In this document: positions 57,792 to 64,000 of the stretch, piece after piece | How the letters are laid out: each line of letters starts with the position of its first letter | Numbering within the stretch: position 1 is the stretch's first letter | Assembly: GCA_902805975.1 (NCBI GenBank) | Contig: CADCUT010000208.1 | Coordinates: 1,517-65,516, forward strand | Source: an uncultured Rubrobacteraceae bacterium | GTDB taxonomy: Bacteria > Actinomycetota > Rubrobacteria > Rubrobacterales > Rubrobacteraceae | Direction: 5' to 3' | DNA length: 64,000 nucleotides | Made by a program: the position numbers and the translations under genes | The notes under the pieces: generated by a model | What the model saw: the letters and a program-made list of their open reading frames with translations, nothing else | Database searches by the model: none | What the model was told of the DNA's origin: nothing

Positions 57792-58216
57792 TTGTCCACA
57801 CCCTGTCCACAGGTTCAAGGTTTGCCTGTGGATAACCCACCCCAGACTATCCACAGATCCCACGACTTATCCACAGGTTCTGGGGATAAGTCCCCTTTTC
57901 TGTGGACAAGTACCGCTCTCAGTGAGGCTTATAAGAATACCAGTCGTATTTGCCTGTGGATAAGTCTGTGGATAAGAGGGGTAAAACCTGTGGATAAGTC
58001 TGTGGATAGAATTGTGGATAACTCCGGGCTGTGGATAACTCGGCACTTATCCACAATTTGTCCACAAGAAAACGGCACTTATCCACAATTTCTTCCACAG
58101 GCGGGACGGGTCGTACTCCGCTTAGGTAAGACGGATTTTCGGGGTTATCCACATATCCACAGGCCTTATTATTATTATTAATCTAATAGATATATGTTCT
58201 AGTAGTAATAATAAGG
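57792..58216. other. Replication origin oriC (about 19 DnaA boxes plus AT-rich DUE with DnaA-trios)
   Basis: Dense TTATCCACA/TTGTCCACA boxes in both orientations between dnaA and dnaN; overlapping boxes at 58145-58161, then GGCC and (TTA)5. Confidence 0.95.
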
Positions 58217-58232
58217 GGAGAAGGGAGGACGA

Positions 58233-59384
58233 ATGAGGGCCGTTTGTAGCACCGATGTCTTTGGGAAAAAGCTCGCTCTGGTGTCTCGTGGGGTCTCGGC
58301 GAGGTCGACCATACAGTTGCTTGGAGGGATCCTTCTCGAAGCCGAGGAGGGGGCGCTCAGGTTGAGCGCGACGGACATGGAGATCTCGATCCAGACGAAG
58401 TCGCCGGCGGAGGTCGAGGGGGCGGGGCGGGTGGTCATCCCGGCCCGCATCTTCAACGACATCGTCAGGTCGCTGCCGGCGGGGAACTTCACGCTGGAGT
58501 ACGATGGGTCAGAGGGGACGGTGCGGCTCGCCGCCGGCGAGAACGAGTACACCATCAGGACCTACGTGGCCGACGACTACCCGAAGTTGCCGGAGTTCGA
58601 GGCGGAGGGATCGTTCCGGATGCCGGGGGATTCGCTGGTCGAGACCGTGGAGAAGGTGTCCCGCTCGTATTCGCGAGACGAGACCAGACCGGTGCTTACC
58701 GGGATCCTCATATCCTTTGAGGACGCCAGGGTCCGCATGGTCACCACCGACTCATACCGGCTCAGCATCAAGGAGACCGAGCTGGCGACCAAGCCGTTCG
58801 GGGGGTTGCGGGAGGCGATCATACCTGCAAGGGCCATGACGGAGGTCTCGAGGATCTTCTCCGGCTCCGACGAGACCGATGTAGAGGTCTCGCTCTCGGA
58901 GAACCAGGCGCTCTTCCGCATCGGGGACGTCGTGTTCGGCACACGCCTCATCGACGGCAACTTCCCAGAGTACCGACGGCTGCTGCCGACGGGCTTCGAG
59001 CGCGAGATCTCGGTCTCCCGGGAAGACCTTATGGGCACGCTGCGGCGCGTCAACCTCTTCGCCCAGCGCCAGACGCCGCCGGTGCCGGTGAGCCTCTCGT
59101 TCACCGAGGGCTCCGTCGAGGTGATCGTCAAGAACGGCGACGTGGGGGAGGCCCACGAGAAGCTGCCCGCCAACAGCGAGGACGACTTTCTCATCTCCTT
59201 CAACCCGGGGTACCTGCTCGACGGCGTCTCGGCCATCGATACCGAGAAGGTCAAGTTCAAACTGAACGAGGCCCTCAAGCCGGGGCTTATCGTGCCGGGC
59301 GAGAACGGCGAGGAGAACGGCGACTCCGGCGAGCCGGACTTCCTGTACCTGATCATGCCGATGCGCGACCCGTCGCGGGGCTAG
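58233..59384 (+). CDS. dnaN: DNA polymerase III beta clamp
   Basis: ATDME, DETRPVLTG, TDSYRL, RLIDG.FP.Y, YLIMPMR. Confidence 0.98.
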   Translation: MRAVCSTDVFGKKLALVSRGVSARSTIQLLGGILLEAEEGALRLSATDMEISIQTKSPAEVEGAGRVVIPARIFNDIVRSLPAGNFTLEYDGSEGTVRLAAGENEYTIRTYVADDYPKLPEFEAEGSFRMPGDSLVETVEKVSRSYSRDETRPVLTGILISFEDARVRMVTTDSYRLSIKETELATKPFGGLREAIIPARAMTEVSRIFSGSDETDVEVSLSENQALFRIGDVVFGTRLIDGNFPEYRRLLPTGFEREISVSREDLMGTLRRVNLFAQRQTPPVPVSLSFTEGSVEVIVKNGDVGEAHEKLPANSEDDFLISFNPGYLLDGVSAIDTEKVKFKLNEALKPGLIVPGENGEENGDSGEPDFLYLIMPMRDPSRG

Positions 59385-59386
59385 CC

Positions 59387-59581
59387 CTGGAGGAGGAACC
59401 CGTCATAACGTTGGGGCAAGCCTTGAAGGCCTCCGACCTCGTTGGGAGCGGGGGGGAGGCGAAGGTCCTGATCCAGGCCGGCGAGGTCCTCGTCAACGGC
59501 GAGGTGGAGACCCGCCGCGGCCGGAAGCTCGCCCCGGGCGACGTGGTCGAGGTGGGTGACGAGCGCCTGGAGGTCGGTTGA
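59387..59581 (+). CDS. yaaA: S4-domain RNA-binding protein YaaA/YbcJ
   Basis: Manual translation EEEPVITLGQALKASDLVGSGGEAKVLIQAGEVLVNGEVETRRGRKLAPGDVVEV; not in the ORF track; start CTG 59387, ATA 59405 or TTG 59411. Confidence 0.92.
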   Translation: MEEEPVITLGQALKASDLVGSGGEAKVLIQAGEVLVNGEVETRRGRKLAPGDVVEVGDERLEVG

Positions 59582-60729
59582 CCTCCTACCTGCGCGCCCT
59601 GCGCCTCATAAATTTCCGCAACTACGCCGACGACACGGTGCTTCTCGGCCCCGGCCTGAACGTCGTCGTCGGGGACAACGCCCAGGGCAAGACGAACCTG
59701 CTCGAAGCCATCTCCTTCGCCGTCTCGGGCTCTTCGACCCGCACGGCCAACGACGCCGAGGTCGTGCGCTGGAAGCAGGACTTCGCCCGCGTCGAGGCCC
59801 GCGTCTCCTTCGACGACTCCGCGGACGAGCGCAAGGTGGCCGTCGGCTACGCGCCAGGGCAGAAGAAGCGCCTGACCGTCGACGAGGCGCCGGCGCCATC
59901 CCTCGCCAACTACGCCGCCGGCGGGGCTGGGGTGCGGGCCGTCACCTTCTTTCCCGACGACATCAGGATCACCAAGGGGTCCCCTTCAGACCGCAGGGAG
60001 TTCCTGGACGGGCTTCTCTCTACGCTGCGGCCCTCGTACGCGAGGGCCGTCGCCGAGTACGCCAAGGCCGTGCAGCAGCGCAACCAGTTGCTGCGCCGGA
60101 TCCGGGACGGGTTCTCCTCCGAGCGGACGCTCTGGACGTGGGACAGGAAGGTGGTCGAGCTCGGCGAGGAGGTGCTCAGGGGCCGCCAGGCCGCCATAGG
60201 GCCCCTCGAGCACTACTTCGAAAGCTCTCTAAGGGCCCTGTACGGCTCGGAGACGGCCGCGATCCGCTACTCCTATAGCGCGCCCCTAGACGGCTATTCC
60301 GAGGCGCTCAGGGGGGCGTATAGCTCGGACGTCGAGCGGGGCACCACGTCCGTCGGGCCGCACAGGGACGACTTCGAGATCCTGCTCGGGGGCGTCAACC
60401 TCACGACGTTCGGGTCTCAGGGGCAGCAGCGGCTGGCGACGCTCGCGCTCAAGTTCGCCGCCAGGGACCACATCAGGGCCCAGACGGGGCAGGACCCGAT
60501 CCTGCTCTTCGACGACGTGATGAGCGAGCTCGACGAGCGGCGGCGGGACTTTCTCTCGGGGTATTTCCTGGAGAGCACGCAGGCCGTCATAACCACCACC
60601 AACCTCGACTACTTCGACGCCGAGGTCCTGGGGCGGGCGCGCGTGGTGCGCATATCTGGTGGTAACATATCGAACACTACAAGCGGTGGTGTGCCGGAGC
60701 GGGCTGCGTCCGCCTCCAAAAAGGCTTAG
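59578..60729 (+). CDS. recF: DNA replication/repair protein RecF
   Basis: NFRNY, GDNAQGKTNLLEAI, GPHRDD, GSQGQQR, LLFDDVMSELD. Confidence 0.98.
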   Translation: MTSYLRALRLINFRNYADDTVLLGPGLNVVVGDNAQGKTNLLEAISFAVSGSSTRTANDAEVVRWKQDFARVEARVSFDDSADERKVAVGYAPGQKKRLTVDEAPAPSLANYAAGGAGVRAVTFFPDDIRITKGSPSDRREFLDGLLSTLRPSYARAVAEYAKAVQQRNQLLRRIRDGFSSERTLWTWDRKVVELGEEVLRGRQAAIGPLEHYFESSLRALYGSETAAIRYSYSAPLDGYSEALRGAYSSDVERGTTSVGPHRDDFEILLGGVNLTTFGSQGQQRLATLALKFAARDHIRAQTGQDPILLFDDVMSELDERRRDFLSGYFLESTQAVITTTNLDYFDAEVLGRARVVRISGGNISNTTSGGVPERAASASKKA

Positions 60730-60846
60730 ATAAGCCCCAAACGGGACAGACGACCGTTGGGAAAACCGAAGAGTTGTGTTACAATCTCCGGGTGCAAACC
60801 TTCGCAAAAAAGAACGGTCTTGTTACTTTCGCGGATCATGAGATGA

Positions 60847-62796
<1,950 letters not shown>

Positions 62797-62873
62797 TCCG
62801 GGGCGCGACGCGGGCGGGGAGACGATGGGGGAGGGGTACCTGAACATCCGAGACTACATAACGAGGAACCCAG

Positions 62874-64000
62874 ATGCTTGATACTTTCTCGGGGAACATA
62901 CGTCCCCACTCCATAGAGGACGAGATAAAGGACTCGTTCCTCTCCTACGCGATGAGCGTGATCGTCTCCCGCGCCCTCCCGGACGTGCGGGACGGCCTGA
63001 AGCCGGTGCACCGCCGCGTCCTCTACGCGATGCACGACCTCGGCCTCCAGCCGAACCGGCCCTACCGCAAGAGCGCCACGGTGGTCGGCGAGGTCATCGG
63101 TAAGTACCACCCGCACGGCGACTCGGCCGTCTACGACACGCTGACCAGGCTCGCCCAGAGCTTCTCGATGCGCTACCCGCTCGTCGACGGCCAGGGCAAC
63201 TTCGGCAGCGTCGACGGCGACCCGCCGGCCGCCATGAGATATACAGAGGCGCGTCTGACCCGCATGGCGACCGAGATGCTCAGGGACATAAGCTCGGACA
63301 CCGTCGACTTCGTACCGAACTTCGACGAGAGCCAGCGGCAGCCGAGCGTGCTGCCGGCGCGGTACCCGAACCTGCTCGTCAACGGCTCGGACGGAATCGC
63401 GGTCGGCATGGCGACCAAGATACCGCCGCACAACCTCGGCGAGGTCATCGACGCGACAGTGGCGCTCATCGACGACCCCGAGCTCGACGACGAGGACGTG
63501 GCGAAGCACATCAAGGGGCCCGACTTCCCGACGGGGGGTGTGATTGTCGGCCTGCGCGGTATCAAAGATGCCGTGACCACCGGGCGCGGGTCGGTGAAGG
63601 TGCAGGCGCGGGCGCACACCGAGCAGATCAAGGGTAACCGGACCCAGATCGTGGTCACCGAGATCCCCTACCAGGTCAATAAGAGCTACCTCTTGCAGAA
63701 GATCGCCGAGCTCGTCAAGGAGCGCAAGCTCACCGACATAAGCGACCTGCGCGACGAGTCGGACCGGAACGGGATGCGGATCGTCATCGAGCTCAAGCGC
63801 GAGGCGGTGCCGAAGGTCGTCCTGAACAACCTCTACAAGCACACCCAGATGCAGCAGAGCTTCGGCGTGAACCTCGTTGCCCTCGTGAACGGCGTGCCGA
63901 AGACGCTCTCGTACAGGGAGGTCCTAAAGCACTACGTCGCTCACCAGTTCGAGGTCGTCACCCGCCGGACGCGTTACGAGCTCGAGCGAGCGAAGGCGCG
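62874..64000 (+). CDS. gyrA: DNA gyrase subunit A (partial, runs off the window)
   Basis: Manual translation [48 protein letters not shown]..., [17 protein letters not shown]. Confidence 0.98.
   Translation, partial: MLDTFSGNIRPHSIEDEIKDSFLSYAMSVIVSRALPDVRDGLKPVHRRVLYAMHDLGLQPNRPYRKSATVVGEVIGKYHPHGDSAVYDTLTRLAQSFSMRYPLVDGQGNFGSVDGDPPAAMRYTEARLTRMATEMLRDISSDTVDFVPNFDESQRQPSVLPARYPNLLVNGSDGIAVGMATKIPPHNLGEVIDATVALIDDPELDDEDVAKHIKGPDFPTGGVIVGLRGIKDAVTTGRGSVKVQARAHTEQIKGNRTQIVVTEIPYQVNKSYLLQKIAELVKERKLTDISDLRDESDRNGMRIVIELKREAVPKVVLNNLYKHTQMQQSFGVNLVALVNGVPKTLSYREVLKHYVAHQFEVVTRRTRYELERAKA

Noticed and set aside
57792-58161. Repeated 9-mers that could be read as a CRISPR or iteron array
   Set aside because: They are DnaA boxes in mixed orientation between dnaA and dnaN; no repeat-spacer periodicity and no cas genes.

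Overview
High-GC (~68-70%) chromosomal window from a deep-branching actinobacterium; gene content and order look like Rubrobacter (inference, not a database result). The right end holds the replication origin: parB-parA-rsmG-(2 parS)-jag-yidC-rnpA-rpmH <> [GHKL-ATPase/wHTH gene]-dnaA-oriC-dnaN-yaaA-recF-gyrB-gyrA(partial). The rest is mostly metabolic or housekeeping: a glycine-riboswitch-controlled gcvPA-PB-T-H operon, an eat-glnA4-like gamma-glutamylation operon, rex, queG, leuS, modAB, peptidases, GNATs and a STAND (XRE-NB-ARC-TPR) regulator. I saw no rRNA, tRNA, CRISPR array or intact mobile element. The most notable unexplained signals are: (1) an uncharacterised GHKL-ATPase + winged-helix gene lying 3 bp upstream of dnaA behind three DnaA boxes; (2) a ~108-nt candidate sRNA with its own promoter and a C/U-rich anti-Shine-Dalgarno loop between rex and gcvH; (3) several genes whose conserved N-termini have no ATG/GTG/TTG and seem to start at ATC, CTG or GTA (GntR, MFS, M3 peptidase, parB); (4) a stand-alone PucR-HTH + Mop/TOBE pair with a PucR-type palindrome at the modA promoter; (5) a dispersed family of heptamer tandem repeats next to stop codons; (6) two oppositely oriented DnaA-trio arrays; (7) short leader ORFs upstream of leuS and a GNAT. 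Two pseudogenes (hicB, a phosphotransferase) are also visible. Many start codons were re-chosen by eye and are approximate.
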